Below are positions 9,704-19,522 of a DNA stretch of 57,509 nucleotides, one piece after another (position 1 is the stretch's first letter; each line of letters opens with the position of its first letter). The position numbers and the translations under genes are program-made. The DNA lies in the IMG/VR virus record IMGVR_UViG_3300028840_002812, positions 1 through 57,509 of that record; one strand, written 5' to 3'. The stretch comes from a virus (lineage: Duplodnaviria > Caudoviricetes). Under the pieces are notes generated by a model. It was not told where the DNA came from. It did no database searches and saw only the letters and a list, made by a program, of their open reading frames with translations.

Positions 9704-9730
9704 AGTATTATAATCACTATGAGTATTTAT

Positions 9731-10168
9731 CTACCCTAAACCAGAAGTAAACTTCATAAAATCAATAGCATTTTTAATTTGGTAGTTTCTTTGAAATAGT
9801 TGCTTTAAAATACTATCAATATAAGACAGTATTACTTCATAATATTCAACTTTTAAAGAAATTTGTGATAATTTTTCATCAGAATCCATATACCCTTGAA
9901 GTGTTTCTTTATCTCTGATTTTTTTCGGAAATGGATTTTCTATATAGACGGTAGGATCTGCTTTTCCCGTAAAGTATTCGTATTTTTGGTGCCTTATATT
10001 TTTTTTCTGTTGTTCTGCTTTTTTCTTTAATAAAAGTGTGTTATTATATAAATCAAAATATTTTGCATGAAGAATCGAAATATTTAGGGATTCTGTGTGA
10101 AGATTATCGATATCAATAATAGAATCTTTTTCCCACATTTTCTGAATTACATCAAGATCAAAACTCAT
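9731..10168 (-). CDS. uvsY: Recombination mediator UvsY
   Basis: WEKDSIID, LHAKY and RNYQIKNAIDFMKF motifs; synteny. Confidence 0.9.
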   Translation of the reverse strand: MSFDLDVIQKMWEKDSIIDIDNLHTESLNISILHAKYFDLYNNTLLLKKKAEQQKKNIRHQKYEYFTGKADPTVYIENPFPKKIRDKETLQGYMDSDEKLSQISLKVEYYEVILSYIDSILKQLFQRNYQIKNAIDFMKFTSGLG

Positions 10169-10713
10169 AAAGGATTTCCGCTCAAATCTACTATATTGTA
10201 AATAGTATACTTGAAACTTACATCTGATGTAAAGTATTGAATATCAGAATCTGTCGCATCAAAAGTCATAGTAGAAAGAGTGTATGGGAAAAGATCTTTG
10301 AAAGATACTTGAAAATTTGGAAGTTGACTACTCGTTAATACTTGTAAAGTTCCATCAGAATAAATGTCTTGTTTACTTTGTACGAATTTTGATCTTATTG
10401 ATTCCGATTGTTCTAATTCTGCAAATTGACTTAATTGCTCAGGAAATCCAAGACCTCTTATCCAGTTTTGAATTTCCATATAATTTTCCAGATTTTCATC
10501 CACTAAAAATCTCAAATTTAAATCGCCAAATTCAATGATATCACCTGGAGTCGGCAACATTTTAGTATACGATGGTTGAATTGCGACTCCAAGATTTAGA
10601 TCTGGAATATTTGCTTGATTGCAAAAGAAAGCAACTTTGGGAGTTCTTGTTAAAGTAAATTTAAATCCTGTTGGGGATAAGAAGTTTCTATTCTCTATCT
10701 GTCCTGCGGTCAT
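10165..10713 (-). CDS. gp3: Tail tube terminator / tail completion protein
   Basis: NFLSPTGFKF and FLVDENLENYMEIQNWI; position after gp23. Confidence 0.85.
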   Translation of the reverse strand: MTAGQIENRNFLSPTGFKFTLTRTPKVAFFCNQANIPDLNLGVAIQPSYTKMLPTPGDIIEFGDLNLRFLVDENLENYMEIQNWIRGLGFPEQLSQFAELEQSESIRSKFVQSKQDIYSDGTLQVLTSSQLPNFQVSFKDLFPYTLSTMTFDATDSDIQYFTSDVSFKYTIYNIVDLSGNPL

Positions 10714-10736
10714 TATTTTTTTTTAAGTATTTAGAT

Positions 10737-10766
10737 AAAAAAAAGAGGACCTTTTTGAGGTCCTCT
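10737..10766 (-). terminator. Rho-independent terminator after gp23
   Basis: AGAGGACC/GGTCCTCT 8-bp stem followed by a U-tract on the minus strand. Confidence 0.85.
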
Positions 10767-10785
10767 GATAAATCTTCTGTAAGAT

Positions 10786-12207
10786 TCACATAAGATTTTT
10801 GACTTGTACTCTTCTATAGTAACGATTAGAATTAACTTGAAGGCGACCTAGACCCTGATCAGTTCCTTCTGCGAATGGATTAGCAATAAGACCATAACGA
10901 GTCTTAAATCCAATTTTTGGTTGGAAAGAGTTCTCACCAACGGCACGGACCATTTGGAGAGGAACATAGGGGCAGTAGAAGAGTCCAGCGTCATAAGGTG
11001 AAGAACCCTTATAACCGACGACATAATACTGATTACCTGGAGTGCCATTAGCAGCAGTTAGGTTAGCAGAATATGGGTCAATATAAACGCGGAACTTACC
11101 CATTAAAGTACCAGCAAAGGTGTTGCCAGTATCATCAACGTTTAGGTTAGCGTTAAGCGCGGGGGTGTAATCAAGAACACCAGCCATTGTTAGTGCTGAA
11201 GCAACGTCAGCAGAGCACATAACAATATTGCCCTTTCCTCTACGAGTTCTTTGTGCGATTGCGTTAGCATCACGCTCGATTTGGAAAAGAAGACCCTTGA
11301 ACTTCTCAACTGACCAACGACCGTTGGAGTCAACGTCGAGGTCGAAGATACCGGGAGTTGCAACGTTCTGAACAGCACCCTGTTCGGCAACCTTGTAGAT
11401 GGTACGAATAACTTCGCGGTTGATTTCTGCAAGAATCTCAGTTGAGAGAATGTTTGCTAATTCCGCTTCGGCATTCAGACCGTGAATTGCTTTGAGGTCT
11501 TGAGCGAGCTCGAGTGAATACTCAGCTTTCAAGGCACGGGACTTAGCAGTAACAGTGACTTTCTCAATTGAGAATGCCATCTGATTGAAAGCATCAGCGC
11601 CATCACCTTGGAGGTTTTCTGCATCACCAGTGACCATTCCTTGGCCAGTGCTATATGCAAGTTGGTCGCCAGCGCCACCAACGGGATTAAGTACTCCAGG
11701 ATTTGTACCATCCTGAGAAGTAGTACCCATACCAGAAGTAACTGAACTAAATCCTGCAGTTTTATTGAATCCTGCACTTTGTCCAGAGAATGCTGTATCT
11801 ACTTCATTGAAGAATGTTTCATTACCGCTCTGGTTGGTATAACGTGAGCGCATTGCAAAAATGAGTCCAGTAGGACCACTCATTGGTTGAACCCCAGCAA
11901 GGTCATAAGCGACCAGGTTGGGCATTGAACGTCTGATTAAAGAAATCAGAACGGGGTCAAAACCTGCGGTAGGTCCGCCAGCAGCGGAACTGCCACTAAA
12001 TCCACCAGTTCCTGTGGAATTAGTGGGTGATTCCATCAGGTTGGTGATACCACCTGAGTTAAATGCGGATTCTTCTCTTAAAAATCTTTCTTGGTTTTCT
12101 AACAGGACAGCGGTGACAGCTCTACGATGAGAATCTTTGATTGAATCAAGACCCTGATAGTCTAAAAGAGGTGCCCACTTTTCCTGCAGATGCTCGGAAT
12201 TGAACAT
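10786..12207 (-). CDS. gp23: Major capsid protein
   Basis: LLENQE, VQPMSGPTGLIFAMRSRY, KSRALKAEYSLELAQDLKAIHG and PKIGFKTRYG motifs. Confidence 0.99.
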   Translation of the reverse strand: MFNSEHLQEKWAPLLDYQGLDSIKDSHRRAVTAVLLENQERFLREESAFNSGGITNLMESPTNSTGTGGFSGSSAAGGPTAGFDPVLISLIRRSMPNLVAYDLAGVQPMSGPTGLIFAMRSRYTNQSGNETFFNEVDTAFSGQSAGFNKTAGFSSVTSGMGTTSQDGTNPGVLNPVGGAGDQLAYSTGQGMVTGDAENLQGDGADAFNQMAFSIEKVTVTAKSRALKAEYSLELAQDLKAIHGLNAEAELANILSTEILAEINREVIRTIYKVAEQGAVQNVATPGIFDLDVDSNGRWSVEKFKGLLFQIERDANAIAQRTRRGKGNIVMCSADVASALTMAGVLDYTPALNANLNVDDTGNTFAGTLMGKFRVYIDPYSANLTAANGTPGNQYYVVGYKGSSPYDAGLFYCPYVPLQMVRAVGENSFQPKIGFKTRYGLIANPFAEGTDQGLGRLQVNSNRYYRRVQVKNLM

Positions 12208-12261
12208 TTGCGTTTACCTTTTGTTAAGTGTTTGTTTTGGTTTGAATTATATTAAATTCAA

Positions 12262-13425
12262 TTATTTGCTGAATGCTGAAAGAGTCTTAAGATAACTAGC
12301 CATTGGACCAGAAATAGTTTCTGGAGCACTGTCTACGCCCTCGGACAAAGTTTCAGTTCTTGCAGATGGAGAAATTGTTCTTGAAGGAAAATATGATTCC
12401 CTCAAAGTCTCCAGTTTTTCACGATATTCTACTTCACTTTCAAACTCAACACTTTCGGCAAGTGAAGCGAGCTTGTCTTTCTGAGTAGCCGCAAGACCAT
12501 CAGATACTTGTTCAAAGATTCCGTCAGCAACCGACTCTGAGAGACGCTTGTTGAGTGAAACGTTTTTCTCAATTTGCTCGTTGAGTTTTGTCTCCATTTC
12601 ATCAAGTTTTTCTACCATATTCTCAAGTACATCATATTTTTCTTCAGGGATTGATACATAATGTTCTTCAAAAAGACCTTTCATTCCTTGGAGGAATGAT
12701 TCAGTCATTTCAGTCTTAAGACCTTGTTCGATGACGAGTGCATTTTCTTGAATCCACTCATCAGCAACATACTCAAGATATGCGTCTACACGTTCCGCAA
12801 GTTCAGTCTTAATTTCTTCGACTTCTTCTGCAAGAACATTGGCATATTGAACTTCGAGAGTTTCTTTAATTTCAGAAATTTTAGATCTAAGAGCAGCTTC
12901 AAAGATGGTACGTGCTTTTACTTGAAACTCTTCAGATAGTTCTTCGCCTTCTAGGAGAGCATTAACATCTTCATCAATGTTAAACTCTTCCTTCATTTCA
13001 TCATCTTCTTCTTCATCTTCATCACCATCTTCTTCATCTTCTTTGTCTTCATCAGATTTTTCTTTTTCTTTTTCGTGTTTCGCTTCTACAATTTCATCCT
13101 CAGTCTCCTCTTCAATTAGATCCTCATCATCTAATTCTTCCTCTTCCTTCATACCCTTCATAGGATCTGCTGCTTTTGCACCCTTATTAACAACATCTTT
13201 TACTTGCTTAAGAGTTGCGCCGGGGGTTTTAAGTTTTGCCGAGTCATCATCGGTTTTATAATTTTCAGGTGTTGGACCACCTAAATCTTCCCAACTAGCA
13301 GTTTGGCCGTCTGGAATATTTCCAGATAGTTTGGGCATTGAATCCGCTGCTTTTGCGTTTGCATTGACAGCAGTTCGGGATTGCTTTGTGCCTACTTCCA
13401 TTTCTTGTAAATCTCCACGAGACAT
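12262..13425 (-). CDS. gp22: Prohead core scaffolding protein
   Basis: Highly acidic; KARTIFEAA and VDAYLEYVADEW; between gp21 and gp23. Confidence 0.93.
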   Translation of the reverse strand: MSRGDLQEMEVGTKQSRTAVNANAKAADSMPKLSGNIPDGQTASWEDLGGPTPENYKTDDDSAKLKTPGATLKQVKDVVNKGAKAADPMKGMKEEEELDDEDLIEEETEDEIVEAKHEKEKEKSDEDKEDEEDGDEDEEEDDEMKEEFNIDEDVNALLEGEELSEEFQVKARTIFEAALRSKISEIKETLEVQYANVLAEEVEEIKTELAERVDAYLEYVADEWIQENALVIEQGLKTEMTESFLQGMKGLFEEHYVSIPEEKYDVLENMVEKLDEMETKLNEQIEKNVSLNKRLSESVADGIFEQVSDGLAATQKDKLASLAESVEFESEVEYREKLETLRESYFPSRTISPSARTETLSEGVDSAPETISGPMASYLKTLSAFSK

Positions 13426-13462
13426 TTGAACTCTCCGTTTAACCTTTGTTATTAACTATATT

Positions 13463-13470
13463 TATTTATA
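13463..13470 (-). promoter_or_regulatory. T4-type late promoter TATAAATA
   Basis: Exact consensus upstream of gp22; (A/C)TAAATA boxes also precede uvsW, gp3, gp20, gp18, gp13, gp8 and gp25. Confidence 0.75.
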
Positions 13471-13480
13471 ATTAAATAAA

Positions 13481-14128
13481 TTACAATGAATTTAAGAACT
13501 CATTGAATAATGATAACTTATACTCTTCAAGAACATTTTGATTGACCATAGTATTTATTTTACTTTTAGTATTTTCAATTAACCAATCATTTCTTGAAGC
13601 ATCGTAAATCCATTCAACACCTTCCATAATTCCCTGAACGAATGCATCAGGTGCAGATGGATCGGCAACAATATCTGCAGCAGTAGCAAGCATAAAATCT
13701 TCACCAACTTCTTTATATCCATTACGATTTTCTCTAAGGGAACCAATACCCCGAGAAGAAACACCGAGGCATACACCGGAATTTAAAAGTGATTCTGCAA
13801 TTTTACCCATAGGAGTTGGTAAGATTTGTGCTTTTCCTATAAAATTATTTCCCTCTTGATGAAGAGAAACAATTCTATGAGAAACGCGATCCAAATTTAC
13901 TGTTGGTCCATCGGGGTGTCCTAGTTCTCCTAGAGCACGGCCCCTATCCACATATTGTTCAGTATATCTCTTTACTTCTCTTTCCATAATCGCCATCGGA
14001 TACATACGTCCATTACGATTTACGCATTCTGCTTGTAAAAAGGGTCCGGTAATATAGAGTTGCTTGCTTTTCCCAACCCCTTCAGTAATGACTTTTACTG
14101 ATTCAATTTCTTCGGTGATGAGTTTCAT
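13481..14128 (-). CDS. gp21: Prohead protease
   Basis: NRNGRMYP, ALGELGHP, GVSSRGIGS and DIVADPSAPDAFV motifs. Confidence 0.97.
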   Translation of the reverse strand: MKLITEEIESVKVITEGVGKSKQLYITGPFLQAECVNRNGRMYPMAIMEREVKRYTEQYVDRGRALGELGHPDGPTVNLDRVSHRIVSLHQEGNNFIGKAQILPTPMGKIAESLLNSGVCLGVSSRGIGSLRENRNGYKEVGEDFMLATAADIVADPSAPDAFVQGIMEGVEWIYDASRNDWLIENTKSKINTMVNQNVLEEYKLSLFNEFLNSL

Positions 14129-14133
14129 TTTTC

Positions 14134-14400
14134 TTAGTTGGTAAATCCTACTTTTGACGCTTTAATTGCTGCGGATGTCCAAATAACATCAGTTGGAAGT
14201 TTCTCTAAAAACTCAACTGAATTTGCTGGCATTGAAAAATAATTTGTAGTTGCGGCACCAACAATTGTTGAAACTCCGACAGTAACAATACTAGAAGTGC
14301 TATTATGGAGTCTTACGCAGGTAGAATTAGAAATACTAGATGCTAGACCAGCAGATGTTCCCGTATCAACTTCAGTTTCAATTATTTTTGTTCTTTGCAT
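14134..14400 (-). CDS. Hypothetical protein (probably virion-associated)
   Basis: Co-oriented ORF within the head cluster. Confidence 0.7.
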   Translation of the reverse strand: MQRTKIIETEVDTGTSAGLASSISNSTCVRLHNSTSSIVTVGVSTIVGAATTNYFSMPANSVEFLEKLPTDVIWTSAAIKASKVGFTN

Positions 14401-14490
14401 TGTATGAAAGATTATTATTAGTTATTTATTATTTCTTATAATTCATCTTTAAACTTCAATATAACAAAAACGGAAGTATACGTACAATTA

Positions 14491-14658
14491 CTATTCTTCG
14501 TAAGTTTCTTCTACCCCATTATCAAATAAAGAGTTCGCAACTTCCGGACGAAAACTGTCGATTTTTTCGGATGCTTTTGCAAAGAGAAGATCTTTAATTT
14601 TATCACTAATCTGCGAAGGAGATTCGTCAGTAGCAATCATATCCATTAAATCATCCAT
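14491..14658 (-). CDS. Small acidic protein (55 aa), possible prohead core component
   Basis: Below the ORF-track cutoff: MDDLMDMIATDESPSQISDKIKDLLFAKASEKIDSFRPEVANSLF; directly downstream of the portal gene. Confidence 0.7.
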   Translation of the reverse strand: MDDLMDMIATDESPSQISDKIKDLLFAKASEKIDSFRPEVANSLFDNGVEETYEE

Positions 14659-14689
14659 TATTATATACCAGATTGATAATCGTCATTAT

Positions 14690-16378
14690 TTATATTTCCC
14701 CACCCTTGGGCATTTCTACTGCTTTAGTGTCTACTTGAGTTGCTTTTACATCTGTTCTCAAATCTGGTTCCATTACTGGTTGCCCAAGATTCATTTGTGC
14801 ATTTGGATCCATAGGCATACCTGTTGCCGGATCTACAGGAATGCTTGGATCTGGAATAATACCATCTTTAATTTCTTTTTTAATAATAGTATCTTGTTCG
14901 ATGATTTCGATATCAGTTTGCCTAAGAATTTTACGTCTCACATAATCTTGGGAAAAATACTTACCAATATAAGGTTCTGCGACTTGAACCATATTTAATC
15001 TCTCATTGAGCAACTCTGCATCTTTAAGTTCCGCAAAGTGATTATCATATAGAAAATCGTATTGGATATGTTCATCCATTATTCTCCAATCTTCTGGTGT
15101 AATAATGTTCTTGAGAATTAGTTGAGTTCTTAACATATCACTAAACATTGCCGAGAATCTTTTCCTCAGACGAGAAACAAATTTACTGAACTTAACTTCA
15201 TCACGAAGAATTTCTGAAGATCTGCCAAGATTAAAACCACCTTCCCCATCCATTCTTGAAGGTGGGACGTTTAATGAACTGTAAAGTTTTTTCTTGAAAT
15301 ATTCAATGTCTGTGATTTCTCCAAGATTTTGCCCACCAGGAAGAGTTGTAATTTCTGTTCCACGACCACCTTCTCTCCGTGGAAGCCAAAAATCTTCGAG
15401 CATACTCATAAATTTTTTATCGTCACGAATCTCCCCAGTATTTGCATCATAGACAAGTTTGTTACGATAACGCATCATAACATCACGAAGATATTGTTCT
15501 GCTTTTACTTTGGGCAAGTTTCCTACGTCAATATAAAAAATTCTGCGTTCCGGTGCTCTTGATAGGCGATAGATAACCAAAGAATCTTCAATCATTCGTA
15601 ATTGGTTGAGTGATTTGATTGCTTTATGTAAATAAGAAAGAGTTGATCCCTTATTTCTATCTACAAGACCTGATGTGCAATATGTAATGGAATCTTTTGT
15701 CATTCTGATTCCAGAATTTGAACCACCAAGAGATCCAGGAGATGGAGTTCCTGTTGGATAACTCATTTTTGGTTCATAAATAAAATATTCTTCAATTTCA
15801 GGAAAATCATAATCCATAGGATTATCGATCATTCTATTTGAAATTTTATATTTGTCCGAATCTTTTTTTCTTGCTTGACGAACATATCTCATCTTCATCG
15901 CATCGATGTATCTTAATTCTTGTATTCCTACCTCAGGTTTTTTAAGATCTACAACTTTATGATAGTAAAGTCTACCATCAACATACCAATTTCTATAAAT
16001 TTCGTGGGATTTTTTATCAAAGTCTAAAAGTTCTAGGATATATTTAAATTCTTCTCTTATTTTTTTCTTAATACCGTCACTTGCACTTAGATTATCTAAA
16101 TCAATTTGAACAGGACTGTCATTGGTATCTGATACAATAGCCTCATTTACAATATCTTCTATAGCACTATCACATTCCGGATGTAGTGCCATTTCACGAT
16201 ATCTTTTGATTAAATCAAATTCTGTTCTGTAAACACCTTCAATATCTACATAGGATCCGAAAAAACCACTGGTCAAATAATGATCAACCCCGTCCTCCTT
16301 ATTCGGAGGGACGGGGGAAACCACACCTTTAGATAATTCTTCAGTATCTTCAATAGAAAAACCAAATAGTTTTGCCAT
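14690..16378 (-). CDS. gp20: Portal vertex protein
   Basis: YRLSRAPERRIFYIDVGNLPK and EDFWLPRREGGRGTEITTLPGGQNLG motifs. Confidence 0.99.
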   Translation of the reverse strand: MAKLFGFSIEDTEELSKGVVSPVPPNKEDGVDHYLTSGFFGSYVDIEGVYRTEFDLIKRYREMALHPECDSAIEDIVNEAIVSDTNDSPVQIDLDNLSASDGIKKKIREEFKYILELLDFDKKSHEIYRNWYVDGRLYYHKVVDLKKPEVGIQELRYIDAMKMRYVRQARKKDSDKYKISNRMIDNPMDYDFPEIEEYFIYEPKMSYPTGTPSPGSLGGSNSGIRMTKDSITYCTSGLVDRNKGSTLSYLHKAIKSLNQLRMIEDSLVIYRLSRAPERRIFYIDVGNLPKVKAEQYLRDVMMRYRNKLVYDANTGEIRDDKKFMSMLEDFWLPRREGGRGTEITTLPGGQNLGEITDIEYFKKKLYSSLNVPPSRMDGEGGFNLGRSSEILRDEVKFSKFVSRLRKRFSAMFSDMLRTQLILKNIITPEDWRIMDEHIQYDFLYDNHFAELKDAELLNERLNMVQVAEPYIGKYFSQDYVRRKILRQTDIEIIEQDTIIKKEIKDGIIPDPSIPVDPATGMPMDPNAQMNLGQPVMEPDLRTDVKATQVDTKAVEMPKGGEI

Positions 16379-16411
16379 AATTTATTTTATGTTTAATCTT
16401 TAGACTATTTA

Positions 16412-16978
16412 TTATGCTTCTTCGGTAGAGGGTGTCCAATATTGAACTTGAAATTCTACCGTAAATTCTTCGATAGTATCGGAAGAATCATAAGAAAGAT
16501 CAATTGCTGCAATATTTGTTGGAAAAATGTCAAAAAACTTATATGTTGCTGCAGTTTCCAATCCATTACCAACCGACGTATTTTTGCCTGTTGTACTAGA
16601 ACCTCTTCTAAATTGTTTAACGAAAGCATCACACATATAATCTGATGGGTCAGTAGCACCACTACCATCAGCATATTGTCCTATGGATTGCATCCAGAGT
16701 TCCATGGCATCCCTGATAAGGAAGTCTTGGTCGTTAATAACAGTAATTGTCCAAGTATCAAATGTACGATCACCTGCAACCTTAAAAATCCTTCCTCTGA
16801 AAGGAACATCGATTGACGCAATATTTGATGCGGGAAGTGCGGCAGATTTACACAAGATTGGAAAATTATTTGTGAGATTTACTCCAGCTGGTGGTGCTGG
16901 GATTGACACCTCAAATAAATTGGGGCGAGCGCCACCACCAATGAGTGCTGATTTAAAATCTTGAATAGAGTGTGGCAT
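16412..16978 (-). CDS. gp19: Tail tube protein
   Basis: GGARPNLFEV, GDRTFDTWTITV and IEEFTVEF motifs. Confidence 0.96.
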   Translation of the reverse strand: MPHSIQDFKSALIGGGARPNLFEVSIPAPPAGVNLTNNFPILCKSAALPASNIASIDVPFRGRIFKVAGDRTFDTWTITVINDQDFLIRDAMELWMQSIGQYADGSGATDPSDYMCDAFVKQFRRGSSTTGKNTSVGNGLETAATYKFFDIFPTNIAAIDLSYDSSDTIEEFTVEFQVQYWTPSTEEA

Positions 16979-17011
16979 TTTTTAATTCCTCCTAGGTGTT
17001 TTAAATTAATA

Positions 17012-19210
17012 TCAAACAGTACCAGCAACTTCTTCAAAACTTACTCCAGTACGAGTAGCAACAAAAGTAAGAGTTACATAGTTAATTGACTTCGCAGGCT
17101 TCAAGAAGATGTCTGCTCTAAATTCATTGTTATCTATAACATCTGGAGTGTTATTTGAAGAATCACAAACTACCAAGAAACCATAAAGACCGCGTTTTGC
17201 TTGAACATCACGCAGATATGGTTCGACAATGTTTCTAAAGTTTGCTCTAGTAATTTCATCATTTAATTCAAACAACTGCGCTTGGGCACTTCTTTGTAGT
17301 GACTGTTCGACAGTAAGAAAGAGGCGACGAACGTTAATTCTATCAAATGCTGATGCATATCCAAGAGCAGTCTTATCACCAAAGAGAAGAATTCCTATGC
17401 CAGGTTGATTAACGATTGAATTAATTCTTAAAGGATAAAGTTGATCTCTTTGTGCCTTATTTGGGTTATATGCAAGTTTAATTGCGTTGTTTAGTATCCC
17501 TCTCTGCTGACCAGCAGGAGAGAACCAAGGATATGCGACAATACTTGTTCTAACCATTAATCCCGCAACGTCTGCATTGCAAGGAATATATCTAAACTTG
17601 TTATTAAAACGATCATAGGTATACTTGTATCCACTATCAAATACTGCATATGAGGAAGAGGAAAGTGGTGAGAAAAATTCTAAAATATTATCGGTTTGTG
17701 TATCAGTATTAGTGATATCGACAACAGAAGCACGATGTGGTGAGATTACTGCAATACAATCCTTTCTTGAATTTGCAATGGAAATGAGTTGATTTGCTTT
17801 TGCTTGTGATTCGAATTTGTTATTTAAACCTGGGCCCATAATCAAATAATCAACTTCAATTTCGTCGGTATTTGAAAATAAGTTGTATGCGGTAAATAGA
17901 TCTCCAAGAGTGGCACTCATACCCCCAGAGTTACTATAATCTTTACCTCCAGTTAATGTGTAAACTACATTTCCAAGTGCACTGTAAGTTTTATTTTGTG
18001 CTGGAATATTCCAAAGACCTTCAGAAGTTGTATAACTGGTAAATGAAGTAGAAAATCCTGTGGGAACGACATCTTCGTTGGCATTAATATCATCTGATGG
18101 ATTGTCTCCAACATAGACATAGTTCGAATAAATTGCAAGATATTCTTTCCACCAAATTTTTTGAGGTGAATTAACCGCAGAAATTGCATCTGTTGCTTTC
18201 GAAAGGCCAAGATGCGTTTCTATAAGATTACCTTGAATTCCAGTGACTGTTCCAGTATCATCAATAACTACAACATGAATCTCATCACTTTTTCCATTTC
18301 GATTTGCTGCATGTTGTGAAGTGCCTGGTTTTGGTGCAATAGAACTCCAAAAAATTGAAGTATTTGTTAAACTTAAAGTTTGTTGATCATACCAATCAAG
18401 AATTGGATTAGAACCAGTATTAATAGTTGTTGATGCTGTTGCAACACCACTACTAGTAATAAGATTAACCGTTAAGTTTCCGCCACCAGTAGATGCAGTA
18501 AATGACGCTAATTGTGATTTTTGTGCATATGTTGTTGGAGTTTCAACGCCTGCGGTTGAAACTAATGAATTAATTTTAACCTCAATAATGCTTGCTCCAA
18601 TGCCTGTAATGATTCCTTTGAGATAACCATTAAATACTGAAGTAGTTCCTATTCCTGATGAAGTGACGTTAGTAAGAGTGGTAGTTACTCCCATCCCAAT
18701 TGATGCCACTGACGTAAATGCAGATCCAACGGATAAAATTTGATCCGATTTATCGTCAATAACACATACTTTTAAGTTGTTTGCCCAAGAACCAGGATTC
18801 TTTGCTGCGAAAATATAATTTGCAATATCATCTGTATAATTTGCCTCATAGTCATCATAATTCTTGATTTTGAGTGTAGGTTCTCCGGCAGTCGAAACTC
18901 CAGCAGAATTTCGAATAGCATTGGCATTTACTAAATTACCCCCATCCACTCTTGCAACTTTAAGAATTCCGCCATAGGAAAGGAATGATGATGCACTCAT
19001 CCAATATTCATACTGTGCATCCGTAGAAAGGGGTTTTCCAAATACATTAATAAGATCTCTTTCTGTAGTAATATCAATTGGTTGTTCGATTGGTCCGATT
19101 GCAAAAGGACCAGCAATCGCTCCAATGTTATCTAAAACATTATCTGCTCTTCCTATTGTTAAATCAACCTCTCTGACGAGTACGCCTGGAGATAATTGAG
19201 GAGTCGCCAT
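17012..19210 (-). CDS. gp18: Contractile tail sheath protein
   Basis: SPGVLVREVD, WFSPAGQQRG, FDRINVRRLF and KPAKSINYVTLTFVA motifs. Confidence 0.98.
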   Translation of the reverse strand: MATPQLSPGVLVREVDLTIGRADNVLDNIGAIAGPFAIGPIEQPIDITTERDLINVFGKPLSTDAQYEYWMSASSFLSYGGILKVARVDGGNLVNANAIRNSAGVSTAGEPTLKIKNYDDYEANYTDDIANYIFAAKNPGSWANNLKVCVIDDKSDQILSVGSAFTSVASIGMGVTTTLTNVTSSGIGTTSVFNGYLKGIITGIGASIIEVKINSLVSTAGVETPTTYAQKSQLASFTASTGGGNLTVNLITSSGVATASTTINTGSNPILDWYDQQTLSLTNTSIFWSSIAPKPGTSQHAANRNGKSDEIHVVVIDDTGTVTGIQGNLIETHLGLSKATDAISAVNSPQKIWWKEYLAIYSNYVYVGDNPSDDINANEDVVPTGFSTSFTSYTTSEGLWNIPAQNKTYSALGNVVYTLTGGKDYSNSGGMSATLGDLFTAYNLFSNTDEIEVDYLIMGPGLNNKFESQAKANQLISIANSRKDCIAVISPHRASVVDITNTDTQTDNILEFFSPLSSSSYAVFDSGYKYTYDRFNNKFRYIPCNADVAGLMVRTSIVAYPWFSPAGQQRGILNNAIKLAYNPNKAQRDQLYPLRINSIVNQPGIGILLFGDKTALGYASAFDRINVRRLFLTVEQSLQRSAQAQLFELNDEITRANFRNIVEPYLRDVQAKRGLYGFLVVCDSSNNTPDVIDNNEFRADIFLKPAKSINYVTLTFVATRTGVSFEEVAGTV

Positions 19211-19291
19211 TTTTTTCTCCGTAAGTCTCAGTTTATCTACAAAATATTTATTAAAATCTTACTTTACATATGGGAAATGGGACGTGAATAT

Positions 19292-19522
19292 CTACCAATC
19301 AGGATATTCCCAACTAACCAACGTCAAATTATTCTTTCTACTTTGTGTAACTCTTTTTACTGTACACTCTTTACATTCATATGCGTATGATGACAATACT
19401 GGACCTCTATCTTTACGAGTTCTGTAAAAACCATCAATTAAATTTTTTGTTTCACTACATACTCTGCATTTTCTATCTGTTAGTAATAAATGTCCTAAGT
19501 TTATTTGTTTATCCAAATCCAT
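19292..19522 (-). CDS. Small zinc-ribbon hypothetical protein
   Basis: CRVC...CKEC; likely ATG 19522 overlaps the gp17 C-half stop (TAATG). Confidence 0.7.
   Translation of the reverse strand: MDLDKQINLGHLLLTDRKCRVCSETKNLIDGFYRTRKDRGPVLSSYAYECKECTVKRVTQSRKNNLTLVSWEYPDW

Noticed and set aside
12977-13261. Poly-Ser plus-strand ORF
   Set aside because: Reverse complement of the Glu/Asp-rich tract of gp22
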